A stretch of DNA of 64,000 nt from Vicugna vicugna (Eukaryota): NCBI GenBank assembly GCA_013265495.1, contig MU061748.1:16054147-16118146 (forward strand), written 5' to 3'. This document shows positions 12,071 through 24,043 of the stretch, in pieces; the stretch's first letter is position 1, and each line of letters starts with the position of its first letter. A program made the position numbers and the translations under genes. The notes beneath the pieces are model-generated. The model worked only from the letters and a program-made list of their open reading frames with translations. It did no database searches and was not told the origin of the DNA.

Positions 12071-14409
12071 CACCAAAAACCAAATAAATAATACATTAAG
12101 AATATCACACTTCACCTAGGAGAAATAAAAAATATTAGAAAGAAGATGAAGAATTAAATCTAGATCTGATTATTGTGGTCAGAAGGGAAAATCAGGAATC
12201 TCAGTCTCTCTCTCTTATTTTTCATTTTTTGCTTAGGTGCCAGAAATCACAAAGCTATTTATATTGCCAGTGTGACAAAATTTACTCAATTAGAGAAGGA
12301 GGGCACTGAAAGACACCAGCTATCCTCAAACTGAAGTGCACTTCATCACCCGGGGGCTTGAACGTTACAAGTGTCTGGTCCCAGCCGTAGGACTGTCGTG
12401 GAGCCAGGAATGTGCACGCTTACCAAGCACAGGGGGTGATATGGATACAGGTAGTCAACAGAACACCTGATGAGAAACACTACATTCCTTCCAATCCATT
12501 AACAATTTCTCCTTATAACGGTTTTTGCTGTGTTGTAATCTGTAAACCAGGCACCCTGAGGCAAGATTCTGCTTATTAGCATTTTCTCCAAAAAGCAACC
12601 TCAATTCTCTTAGATGCTATAGTCCAGAGTACACTTGTGAAGAAAGAAATGTTTGTCTACCAATGCGAACTCCAACAATGTTCATGATATCAAATGATAA
12701 TCTCAACGCCCATCATCTTATTAACTACCGCTCATTAAAACAGGATAAATGACACCTAGATTATCACAAGTTCAGATTATAGGTTCTGTGAGACTGAAAG
12801 TGAAGTCATAAATAAAATACATTTTCTATTCCAGACTGTGTCTCAGTTTAACAATAAAATATTTTACATCCCTATAATGTTAGGGTTATAGGACCACAAA
12901 GTTCTCAGAAAAATTATGAGACTTTTAGTTAATTCTCGAGTATTTATTAGTCTTACATATCTGAAAAAAAAAGGAGAGGTTTTATTCCAAGGTCTAAAAT
13001 AAACAGGCCATATAAATTTGACAGCTCATTACAATAAACGGAAAAGTAAGAAATCTAAAGAAATCAAGAGTACAGGCAACAGTTTATCTATTGTTTCTTA
13101 TTTGTTGTCTTTAAATAATTGTGATTAGAAATTATAAAATCTTGACATATACTGCAAATGGGTAAAATGCACTTCACTGTAAAACTTCAAAACCATGTAA
13201 CCCTGATAATTGCCTAAAAACGCATTTGCACCCCGCAGAGTGCAACTAATAAGCCCAACTAAAGTTCCTTAAAATACGCCGTCATTTTAATCGAGTCACC
13301 AGAAGCCTAAGCAAGGCAATTAATTCCTTGGCACTTACACAAGTTTTTATGGTGAATGCACGTGAACTCAGACATTATCAGGCAATATTTTTGCGCTTGG
13401 TACACAAATAGCCTTGTCACTCAGGAACTGCCTCCTTTATGCACAAACACCAGCGTATCTGTCTCATTTCCATCATCTCAGACAGGGCACGTGCAGCACA
13501 ATACGGAGGGCTGACAGGGCACAGCAGTGACTCAGGCTAGTCTGCAACAGCCTGACAAGGACAGGTGGCAAGTACGGTGCTCTGAGAAGTAGGGAGACAC
13601 AAAGAAAGAATGCTAGCTCATATCGTTTTTCACCCATCACTCCCCGACCACTTTGCAACAGTCAAAGCCCTCTTGAATGACATTCATATAAAAATACAAA
13701 TTTAAGTGTTTGCTATTTGAACTGGTTTTCAGAAACAGCAGGAAATATGATGTCACCTTGGCAGTATTTTTTATGTGATACCCAGTTTCTAAATGTCAGA
13801 CTTAAAACATCCAAGAATATTTTTCACTAAGTTTGCCTCAGCCATATGTATTGTGATAGAGGGGCAATAATATTTGTTCACAATATTTTACTTCATGAAA
13901 ATTAGAGATGAGATCTTATTAGGAAAATTCACCAGTGCAGGAAGTTGAAAACCTATGGAAACGAGTAATGAGGATTTCAGACTTAACGCAAATTTCGCTT
14001 AAGATATTAAATTTGCTTATGGAAAGGGATATGTTTATCCTATTTCTTTGTGTACAGTTTTATCACTTCCCAAACTCATCTCCACACAGCTGACTTTGAT
14101 TTTAGACTGCAACAACATTCAGGACAAAGGCGAGGTATGAATGCTGCTCGAAAGACTGTAAAGAGAATGTTTCTGTTTCAGTGATAGGTCCAGGTCAGGA
14201 TGAAAAAAGGAGCAGTCCCTGGGGTCCTGCCCCCAACAAGGAAACCCCCAGGAAACCAGAGCTACTGTAGCTCTGCCTCAGTGTGCAGCATCTTTCTAGG
14301 AGAGGCCTGAAGATCTCATTAAGTTAATGACCTTACGGTTCCATGTCAGTAAAGCTCGGGAAAACACACACCCTCTCCAGACTACGGAACATCCCCCAGG
14401 TGTCTGGAC

Positions 14410-14625
14410 CTTCAATTGCTCACCAGTAATAGCTAGGACCTTGCACAAGTTACTTGTACACCCCTGAGTCTCACCTTCCTGATGTGTAAAATGTGGATAT
14501 TGGTGATTACTTTGGAAGGCTGCTTTGAAGATAAAAGGTGATAATGTATGTAAAGCATCTGGCACACCGCCTGGCATGTAAAAAGTACGTAAGTGCAGCA
14601 ATTATTGTTAACCAATAATCATAAC
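14410..14625 (+). mobile_element. MIR SINE
   Basis: gaccttgcacaagttactt...ttcctgatgtgtaaaatgtggat...gtaaagcatctggcacaccgcctggcatgtaa. Confidence 0.8.
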
Positions 14626-16779
14626 TGTTAATATCTTGATATCCATAATAAGCCTGGTCCACGGAAAGTCTCCATCTCCAGAAAAGAGTCAACACTGCTG
14701 TGGTGACATTTTTCCTCTATAGAGAAGATAAAGCCAGACAACTTGGCATGCGGCATGTGTTCTAAAATTGTATAAGCTACCAAAGGCAATGGAAAAGCAG
14801 ATGAGAGCATTTTAAAAATTAAAATGCCTTTTGATTGCTCTGCGTTATGTCCTGTGTTGCAGAGAGGCGCTGTCAAAATCAGTAGCTTTATAAATGATGG
14901 ATTTTGTGCAGCATAAAAAGGCATGGCAAAGTGTATTTCAAATTTTGTTTTGAAAGCATTGATTCCCATACATCTTTGAAATTAAATTCCCCTCCTGGTT
15001 CACCTTTAAACCCCTTACCCTGCTCTACAAGAAAAATCAGAAAAGGAAAATTCTCCTTTACAACGCTATGTAAAGGTAAACTACAGATAAACATGAGAAA
15101 TCACACAAATGAATCATCTTACAAGGCTGATCTCTCTCTTGTGAATATTCTCCTCCTTTCTGTCATTACTCCAAATACTTGAGTGTCACCTGTATTTTTT
15201 TCCTTATGTTTTCGTAAATATAATAAAAAGCCTAGTGTGTCTAACATAGTGCTTTGTTTCTGTTTATCTGATAATGCAATAACCAAGATTTCATTACGGC
15301 ATAATAAATGTTTGTGGACTGAATGAATGGAATGTCAGGTCTAATTCTCTGCTTTCCTTTTTATTAATATCAAATTTCCTATAGGTATTTCTCTTCTTTG
15401 TGACCACTGGACTCGAGAAATAGAGCAATTCTTACTCAGAATTTTTTTTTTATCATGTACTTTGCCTGCAAGCTGAAGATACCATTGAGTTTTTCTATTG
15501 TAGATTGGTGAAGTATGTATAAAAAGAGCATGGCATTTTACTAAACTTTGGTACATATCCATTCACGGTGAGTAAGTTACAGTGAAGGAAGATGTTTTTT
15601 CTTATTTCCTCCCCAACCCACCGGGGTAGTTACTACTTTCCCACTGTCACACTAGAAATCTTTTTTTCCCCCAAAGTAAAACTAACCAGTTGTAGGAAAC
15701 TGATCAAACAACTTTTGCCATTCATATTAAAATATAGAATTTTATTTATTATAACCGCGTGGTGCATAGTATAAGAAAATGCTGACTATGAATTAGTTGT
15801 GGCGCCTGTTTAGGATGTATCAGTGATGACACCCAACGTGATAAGGATACCAGTCTACAGAGTGCTTGGCGTTATCATTCTAAGTCTCTAAAAGATGCTG
15901 CAGCTCTTTTTTTTTTTTTGTATTAAATTAAGGCTGTTATCAGCACACACTTGACTTATTCTTTCCTTGATTCCAAAAACTTATCTGGAGTGTCATATCT
16001 AATCTACACACCCAAAATTCCTTAAGGGGCTTTCCATGACAATGTGTATCTACAGTAAAGTTCTGGAAGACTAGGAAAATTTGACGTGAGCTCTTGGAAA
16101 GAGGAGCTTCTACTAAACAAAAGGGGTGTGGTTCACGCATGGAAGAGTCAGAGCAACTCAGCAGTGAAAAGGTTATTTCCCACAATGAATATGGGTACAG
16201 TGCCCCTCGGTTACTCACTGTCTCAATTCAAAATGCTGGTCTCTGTGGGTGACCTTAACTTGTAGACCCATCATTGGCCCATAGCTCAGAAAATTTATAT
16301 AATTTGGCAACTTGCAAGTGCTGAGATCAGCAGTTGTCTTCTGGTCCTTCCCAGCTATGTAGGGGATATGATTTAGTCCCTTTCACCCTCAGTCATCTCG
16401 GGTCAGCTCCCTAATAACAGCTGTTCTGGATTCCTGCCATCCTTGCTGTTTGACTGAGCCCAGGGGGGTGTTCTGTAACAAGTACCACCAGCGAGCTCTG
16501 ATCACATCCAATAGCATTCCCAGCACATATATTCTGTAGTTTGATATACAGGACCAGCACAGATATAAAGAAGCACTTGAAGGAAGAATAAAAGGAAAAA
16601 AAGGAAACCCTGACTCATCCACATATCACTGAATAAATATTGATAAAAGCACTCTTTTTAATATTTTGGATAAGGTGTTATAGGGGTTAGTGAAAGAAAA
16701 GAAATGACATAACATAAAGTTTTGCTTTCAGAAAACTTCTAATCCAAGAAGTAATTTAACAGAGAAGTTAAAAGAATAT

Positions 16780-17230
16780 GGCACCCTTGCCCAAATCCCC
16801 TGGAATCCCCTTACCAACTTTCTGCACACCAGCTCCAATGCACTGTTGCCCACAACAACAGCAACTGTAGCTCCTTGTTGGAAGGCTGCCTGCAAGGCTG
16901 CCAGAACTGCTCTGCCTACATCCATGGAGAGTGCTAAGCGCCTACCCTGGGCCTTTAGCCAATGAGTAAAGGGATGAAGATAGAAACACTGCAGTCTCTG
17001 TGCCTCCTAATTGGGATAACTCCATGGTATGCCTCACACTGTCTCAAGAACTATTCTGCAAGACCGAGTCGTGTTACCTCCACCTCTGTGGGACTTTCCT
17101 AGAAATCGCAACCTTACTTGTCTTCCTTCTATACCATGTCTACCTCCCCACCCTGCAACTCGATTTTATCCAGAACCACTTTCACATGAATCCCATTCCA
17201 GGGACAGCTTACAGAGACAGGCAGCTATAA
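16780..17230 (+). mobile_element. ERVL solo LTR (LTR16-like)
   Basis: ttagccaatgag...ttgggataactccatggtatgcctcacactgtctc...aatcccattccagggacagct pattern of LTR16. Confidence 0.6.
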
Positions 17231-17403
17231 ATAAGATTATTTCTATGATTACTAAGGGTAACTGAAAAATGATACAAAAATGAATGAGATAGTTTTCCTG
17301 AAAGTTAAACAAAAGAATAGGACTCATTGAGCAAATATAGCAAAGTAAAGAGAAATCAAGTTGTCACTCAAAAGCCCTTGCATGTTTAGAAAACAAGCTT
17401 GTG

Positions 17404-18522
17404 CAAAACAAAAAGACAACCTACAAAATGGGAGGAAATATTTGCAAATGATGAGACTGACAAGGGCTTAATTTCCAGAATATATAAATAGCCCATAAAG
17501 CATAATAAGAAAAAAACAAACAACCCAATCCAAAAATGGGCAGAAGACCTAAACAAGATATTCTCCAATGAAGACATACACATAGCCAACAGGCACATGA
17601 AATTATGCTTAACATCGCTAATTGTTGGAGAAATACAAATCAAAACTACAATGAGGTATCACCTCACACCAGTCAGAATGGCCACAATGGTAAATGCTGG
17701 AGAGGGTATGGAAAAAAGGAGCCCTCCTACACTGTTGGTGGGAATGCATTTTGGTGCAGCCATTATGGAAAACAGCATGAAAATTCCTCAAGAAACTAAA
17801 AATGGACTTACCATATGATCCAGCAATCCCACTCCTGGGCATACATCTAGAGGGAACTCTCATTCAAAAGATACATCCACCCCAATGTTCACAGCAGCAC
17901 AATTTANNNNNNNNNNNNNNNNNNNNNNNNNNNNNNNNNNNNNNNNNNNNNNNNNNNNNNNNNNNNNNNNNNNNNNNNNNNNNNNNNNNNNNNNNNNNNN
18001 NNNNNNNNNNNNNNNNNNNNNNNNNNNNNNNNNNNNNNNNNNNNNNNNNNNNNNNNNNNNNNNNNNNTTAAGATTAGATTGTCATTAGATTGTCATAAGT
18101 GAACTAAGCCAGAAAGAGAAAGAAAAATACCATATGGCATCACTCACATGTGGAATCTTAAAAAAAAAAAAAAGACATAAAGAAACTTATTTATAAAACA
18201 GAAACAGACTCACAGACACAGAAGACAAATTTATGGTTAAGAGAGGGAAGGGGGTTGGAAGGAATAAACTGGGAGTTTGAGATTTGCAGATACTGACATG
18301 TATGTGTGTATATACATATATATATAAAATAGATACACAAGTTTCTTCTGTATAGCACAGGAAACTATATTCAATATCTTGTAGTAACCTATAATGAAAA
18401 AGAATATGAAAACAAATATATGAATGTATGTATGTCTGAAACATTATGCTGTACACCAGAAATTGACACAGTATTGTAAACTGACTATGTTTCAATAAAA
18501 AATAAAGTAAAAATTAAAAAAG
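17404..18522 (+). mobile_element. 5'-truncated L1 (ORF2 C-terminal region, 3'UTR, A-tail), camelid/cetartiodactyl type
   Basis: ORF2 remnants [13 protein letters not shown] and [10 protein letters not shown]; 3'UTR ctgtatagcacaggaaactatattcaatatcttg; tail caataaaaaataaa. Confidence 0.95.
17907..18067. other. Assembly gap (161 N) inside L1
   Basis: Run of N with L1 sequence on both sides. Confidence 1.
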
Positions 18523-19269
18523 AAAATGAACTTGTACCTTACTTGACAGAAAATGAGAAATTATTGGAAGGTTTTAAATGAGAGGCCATGTCATATGGTT
18601 TTCAAAGTTTAGCTTGAATAATTCAGTAGAAATGTCATTAGTCCTACAGCTTTTCTGTTCTTTATGGATGGAATGGAAGTGGGACCGCTTCAAAATTTGC
18701 AGAGATGCTCTGCTTTACAGCATCTTCCTCTCTAAATATGGATGCTGGTATGAAATATTTTGAAAACTATGGCCAACTATACAGAATTCTGTCTATTCTG
18801 AAATGGGGGTGCGCTCTGAAAGTGAGCACATGCTCTTGGTCTCTGTCAAATCACCCCCAGTCCTTACACAGAACGTGGCAATGTATAAACATTCACACTT
18901 TAAAGTCACACGGAAGTCGGCGTCAGTCTGTAGATTCATTATCTCTTCTTCCTTAGCATCCCATTGCTGTATATGGCTATTTAATAATCCAAACTATGTG
19001 CTCCAGTACAGGTTTCTAAAGCATCTTTCATCTTTCAGCCACAAGATAACAGTAAAATGTTTCTAGGCATTGATGAATATAGCTTCATAACCAGTGTCAT
19101 ACTGTTCGAGGCACTATTTCCACCTTCCTCCACTGTTATGATGGCTTTCTGATAAAGAATATTTCCTATTTATTTTTTGGCTACAAATGGAGTTCATTAT
19201 CTAGGCACTAGAATGTTTCTTCCTGACCATTTATAAAAGTTCTCATGTTTGAAGGATTTGACACTTAAA

Positions 19270-19410
19270 CCAGCAATTCTCATCCTGACTGTACAGTGCG
19301 ATCACATGGGAGCTTGAAAAAAAATAAATAAATGAAGACTCCTAGGCTCCTTCCCATCCCAACTACCTAGGCAATGGTATCTTTTCTGAAAGCTTTTCAG
19401 GTGGTTCTTT
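19270..19410. mobile_element. MER5-like hAT-Charlie fragment
   Basis: cagcaattctcatcctgactgtacagtgcgatcacatgggagctt...aagcttttcaggtggttct. Confidence 0.5.
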
Positions 19411-19819
19411 TTTCTGTCCTTTTTTTTAAATTGAAGTATAGTCAAGTGGTTCTTAATGTAGACAGTGTAAAGAACCAGCACTTAAGACTGATAGATCTGA
19501 ATTTGAGATACATCAATTTTAATGCTAAAATTGAGTGTCTGAGGTGACAGTTGGCCCAACAATTAAACACAATGATATGTACGCATAACTCCTTAAGTTT
19601 ATAAATAAATCTCACAAATATCATCTCTGAGATAAAAATTACATTTATTTTAATCATTCTAAAGAAGAGGAAACAAATTCTAAGAAATTTTTATGTGATA
19701 TACTCAGGGTCATATCATAATAACTAGTAGAACCAAGACACAACTTCTAATTCCAGGCACAGAGTTCTACCTACAAAGGAACATTCCACTTGGTTTGATG
19801 CATCAGAACATGACATCCT

Positions 19820-20165
19820 AGGGGGACAGAAGAATGAGCAGGTGGAAGATGGAGGATTTTTTAGAACAGTGAAATTACTCTGTATAGTACTATAATGGCA
19901 GATTCGTGTCATTATACTTTTGTCCAAAACCATAGAATTCATAATAACAAGAGTGAACCCTAATGTAAACTATGGACTTTGAGTGATTATGATGCTTCAA
20001 TGTAAGTTCATCAATTGTCACAAATGTACCCCTCTGGTAGGAAATGCTGATACCAGGAGAAACTATGTACAAATGGGGACAGGGTGTATATGGGAAATCT
20101 CTGCCCCTTCCTCTCAAGTTTGCTCTCAACCTAAAATTCATCTAAAAATTAAGTCTATTGTAAAA
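19820..20165 (+). mobile_element. Old L1 (L1MB/L1MC-like) 3' end
   Basis: caagagtgaaccctaatgtaaactatggactttgagtgattatgatg...tatatgggaaatctctgcccct. Confidence 0.85.
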
Positions 20166-20589
20166 ATATTAATAATAATAACATCCTTCACATCCCTTTG
20201 CTGAACAGTGCAGCAATTTGTGTACATTAAGTTTTTTGGTTTGACTGAAATACTGTAATATGAGCTAAGGAGAAGAAACTCATTACTACTGTAGATTTAA
20301 TCCCTATCATCTTTCAGCAAGCTGGCATGAACATACTGAGAATTCTCCCAAGTCAGTTTGCGATAAAAAGCCTTCAAAGACTGTAGAACATGCTTCCTCT
20401 TGTCCATGTTCATTGATTGAGTACTTTGACCATGGTAGATACACATTCATTGACCATGGTGGTGACCCAGGCTAATTTAAAAAGATGCAAGCACATTTGG
20501 GAGTTATTAGCCTGCTAATCAAGGTCTAGAACTCTGAGTTAAAGAATTTGTACCTAGACAACAATTTCCTTCAGTTCTTAACCATCCTA

Positions 20590-20710
20590 CACAGTGCTAT
20601 ACCGAATGACCCCTAAGGGCATGTTCATCCTTGTATCCCCATCTCCAAGGATACAAGGCATAGAATGCCTGGCACAGAGTGAGCACTCACTAGATATTTG
20701 TGAAAGAAAG
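20590..20710 (+). mobile_element. L2 3' terminus
   Basis: aagggcatgttcatccttgtatcccca...gcctggcacagagtgagcactcactagatatttgtgaa. Confidence 0.7.
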
Positions 20711-20726
20711 AATAATCAAGAGACAG

Positions 20727-20732
20727 GTGTGT

Positions 20733-20774
<42 letters not shown>
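20727..20774. repeat. (GT)n microsatellite
   Basis: gtgtgtgcac followed by a long GT run. Confidence 0.98.
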
Positions 20775-20776
<2 letters not shown>

Positions 20777-23299
20777 ATGGGATGGAAATACAATCTAGGA
20801 AAAAGATTTCAAAAAGTACTTTCCATTAGCAACCTCACCAGGAAGTCTGGGTTTGAAGAATATTCTGATGGCAAGGAACCCAGGTGCAAATACTGCTTGC
20901 TACTTTTTTCTCTGAAGAATTTACTGCTCTCACATCCTGAGTGAACCTAATTTTCCTTGATGAAATATTGATATAAACATCATTTTTATTCCTGTTAACA
21001 TCTGATCACTTATGTCATCACAATTGAGATAATATCACCTCTAAAAGGCAAAACATAGATCACAAAGGATTAGAAGTCTATGCAACAGACGTCTCCAAGT
21101 TAGACTAGATGATTTCAAGAAAAGCCCATGGGGTAGAGATATTACATAAAGAGAGCGCATAGCGACCTTCAGCTCTCCGTTCCTTGGCCCCATGTTCTGA
21201 TAAGAAAAGAAGCAAATATTGGGCTCATTTTTTAAGCAATGAGGCAAAAGCATTACCCTAGATGGGCTGGCAGGAGGAGGGCAGTACCTTTAGCCTCTAA
21301 GGAGTTAAGTTAACAAGGAAAACCATTCATTCCGGCCAGTTTCACAGACTTTCCCATCACATCTAGGTTTACATACACCTAGAAATGACAGGGTTGAAAA
21401 GTCTAATTCCAACTCAGCACACTGAGCTCTGCTCCAAGTACAGCCCATTCACAGAGCAAAAAAGATAGTTCCCTTCTAGTTGAGAAAATAAGATGCATAT
21501 AAAATATTCAAGTAAAAATGTGAGCTTCCAAAAGCATAGTTATAGTGGGCAGAATTCAAAGAAAAGAGAGATTAGCATGAGTCAGAGAGACTTGGTAAAG
21601 CTTTCATGGAAGAAGAATGGAGAGTACTTGAGGAGGCTGAAAAGAAAACAAACTGGTTTATATATAAGCTGAATAAGAGAAACCAAGATTTTATATAACT
21701 TTGTCAAACTAGTCTTCGTATTTAGAACCTTTTCTCATCATTTATATGGCCTCTTCTTTATAACTATCAGAAGTACAGGTATAAAATAAAAATCAAAAAA
21801 ATGAAGAGAAACACAAAATACACAATTCACTTGAGATAAATAATACAATATTTGGCATAAGTATAAAAGGAAAATACATCATATAAAGCAAAAATTGTTA
21901 AATCTCTACTTTTCATGTCGTTTTTGTATTACTCTTTTTGATGACTGCATATCTACTTATGAAATGTTTGAAAGTTATTACATTTTATTCCTGTCAAAAG
22001 GCTTTTAAGCTACTTGAATTCCATGCCTTTTTTTAAACTATCACAGATGACTGAATTCTTTATATTATTGAATTGTTTCATTCCATAGACGATAACACAT
22101 TTGATAGTATTTGTATTCAGATCCAATTCAGAAATGTAGCAAGCTATTGGCAAAGGGAAAAAAAAAGTACACGTACTGATTATACTCCGAGTATATAAAC
22201 CTATAATCAGAATATTCCACTTCAACATCTATTTGTCTCAAAAGCCCAAAATGACCCCAAAATCAAAAGGTATCTATTCAATTGGGATTTCAAGTGGTCT
22301 TCCAATTAACATCTTAACTCAGACTTCTTGGGTCATGTTTAATTCCTTCATTCAGTATTCCCTGTGCCACTCAAAATAAGTATCTAGTCCAGCTTCACTT
22401 GTTGAGATTTAGCCACAGGCCTGCCAACAAGAGCAAGTATCTCCTCACATGGTTCTAAATTATAAATGATTCTTGAAGAAGAATATAGCTCTAATACTGT
22501 ATAAATACGGAAGCCATATGTGATATAGAAGAAACTCAAAGTGGTACCTTAGAAAGCATCAAGTCTGTTAGACTCGCACAGCAAAGCTGAGGTCAGGTGG
22601 CCTCTTTAGCTTCTTTCTAGTATGAAAATTCTATGCTGCCCATGTGATACGAATAAATACGTAAGCTTTGCCATCAACCCTAGATTGGTTACTTTCCAGA
22701 GACAATGCCATTCATGATCAAGCACATTTATGTCCATGATGAAGCCCTGCATCCTCTCCCTTAAAACCTGCTGGTGCTAATCTCAGTCCACATAGCCTGA
22801 AAGTTACATCCTCTGTTCAGAAAACACATGTATATGTTAGCTACCTGGGAATGGCCAAGGAGGGGAGGCATGTAATAAGAGATTTGGTAGAGACCAGCAG
22901 CTAAAGGGGATTTGGGCAAGAGATGCAGAGAGTGGAGAAAAATCAATCTACAAAAATGGAGATTCAAAATCCAAGTTCCAATACCTAGAAGATGTTAGTA
23001 AAAACCAGGCAGAATTAATTCCTCCCTGACAATCCGCGCTATAGCCAGACATTTAATTCTTCAACATGCCCTGTATATCCAGTTCCGCTTGTCAGAATCA
23101 CTCTCCTCCCAACTCCTCAGCTAACACGACTTCATCTTCCAGATTTAAAATAACCATCAGTTTGATCAACAAGCTTTGTCCAAGTCTCAAAGTCAAGTCT
23201 GGCTATCCCACTACTTTGTTATACCATCCTGTAACCCCTCCTCATTTTAACATTTAGCACACTACACTGAAATTGCCTATTTACTTAGGTCTATTCTAC

Positions 23300-23745
23300 A
23301 TCAGAGGGTAACCAGAAAAATAAAATACCCAGTTGGCTTAAAGTTCCTGCAGATAAGACATTAGAGTTACATCCCGAAACCTGAATTTCTTACTCACAGC
23401 TGTGATATCGGAGGGCTGATAAGTCCCCCTTCAGACCAAGCCAAGCACCTTCATTTTTGAACACGCATCCCATGAAAAATCATGTAACTCGGATATATCT
23501 GTGCAGAATACACATTACTTCACCTTTTCCCTACCTCCGATCATCCTTCTCCACACCTAAAACCATCGTGCTTCTTCATCCCATAAATACCTAGAGCCCT
23601 TCACCTTTAGGGAAGAAGATCTGAGATTTGTTCTCCCCTCTCCTCACCTGGCTGCCTCACGAATAAGCCCTTTGCCTGCTGTAATCCTCAGTGTCTCAGC
23701 ATTTGGCTTGCTGTGCGCTGGGTAAACAAACCTGATTCGGTAACA
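23300..23745 (+). mobile_element. ERV1-class solo LTR
   Basis: TATA-like cccataaatacc, gagatttgttctcccctctcctc, aataagccc poly(A)-like signal, ends ggtaaca. Confidence 0.7.
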
Positions 23746-24043
23746 ATAGGGCCTGTGAGGAGGTGATAAAGGTTAAATGAGATCATAGAGGTGGGGCCCT
23801 AATTTGAAAGGGCTGGTGCCCTTATAGGAAGAGAAAGAGACACCAGAGGTCCCGCTCACTCCACCATATGAGGACACAGTGAGAAGGAGGTACTTGCAAA
23901 TCAGGGAGAGAACATTCACCAGGAATCAAATCAGTGGGCACATTGATCCTGGACTTTTCAGCCTCTAGGATGGTGAGAAATAAATTCTGTTATTTAAGAC
24001 ACCCAGTCTGGTATTTGTTACGGCAGTCTGCACAGACTAATAC
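23746..24043 (+). mobile_element. ERVL-MaLR LTR (MLT1-like), 5' end missing
   Basis: aggttaaatgagatcatagaggtggggccctaat...ctggacttttcagcctctagga...gcagtctgcacagactaataca. Confidence 0.85.

Noticed and set aside
14257-14275. Perfect 9-bp inverted repeat CAGAGCTAC-T-GTAGCTCTG
   Set aside because: Expected at around chance frequency in 64 kb; too short for a pre-miRNA.
17597-18071. ORFs resembling a host protein
   Set aside because: They are frameshifted L1 ORF2 C-terminal remnants.
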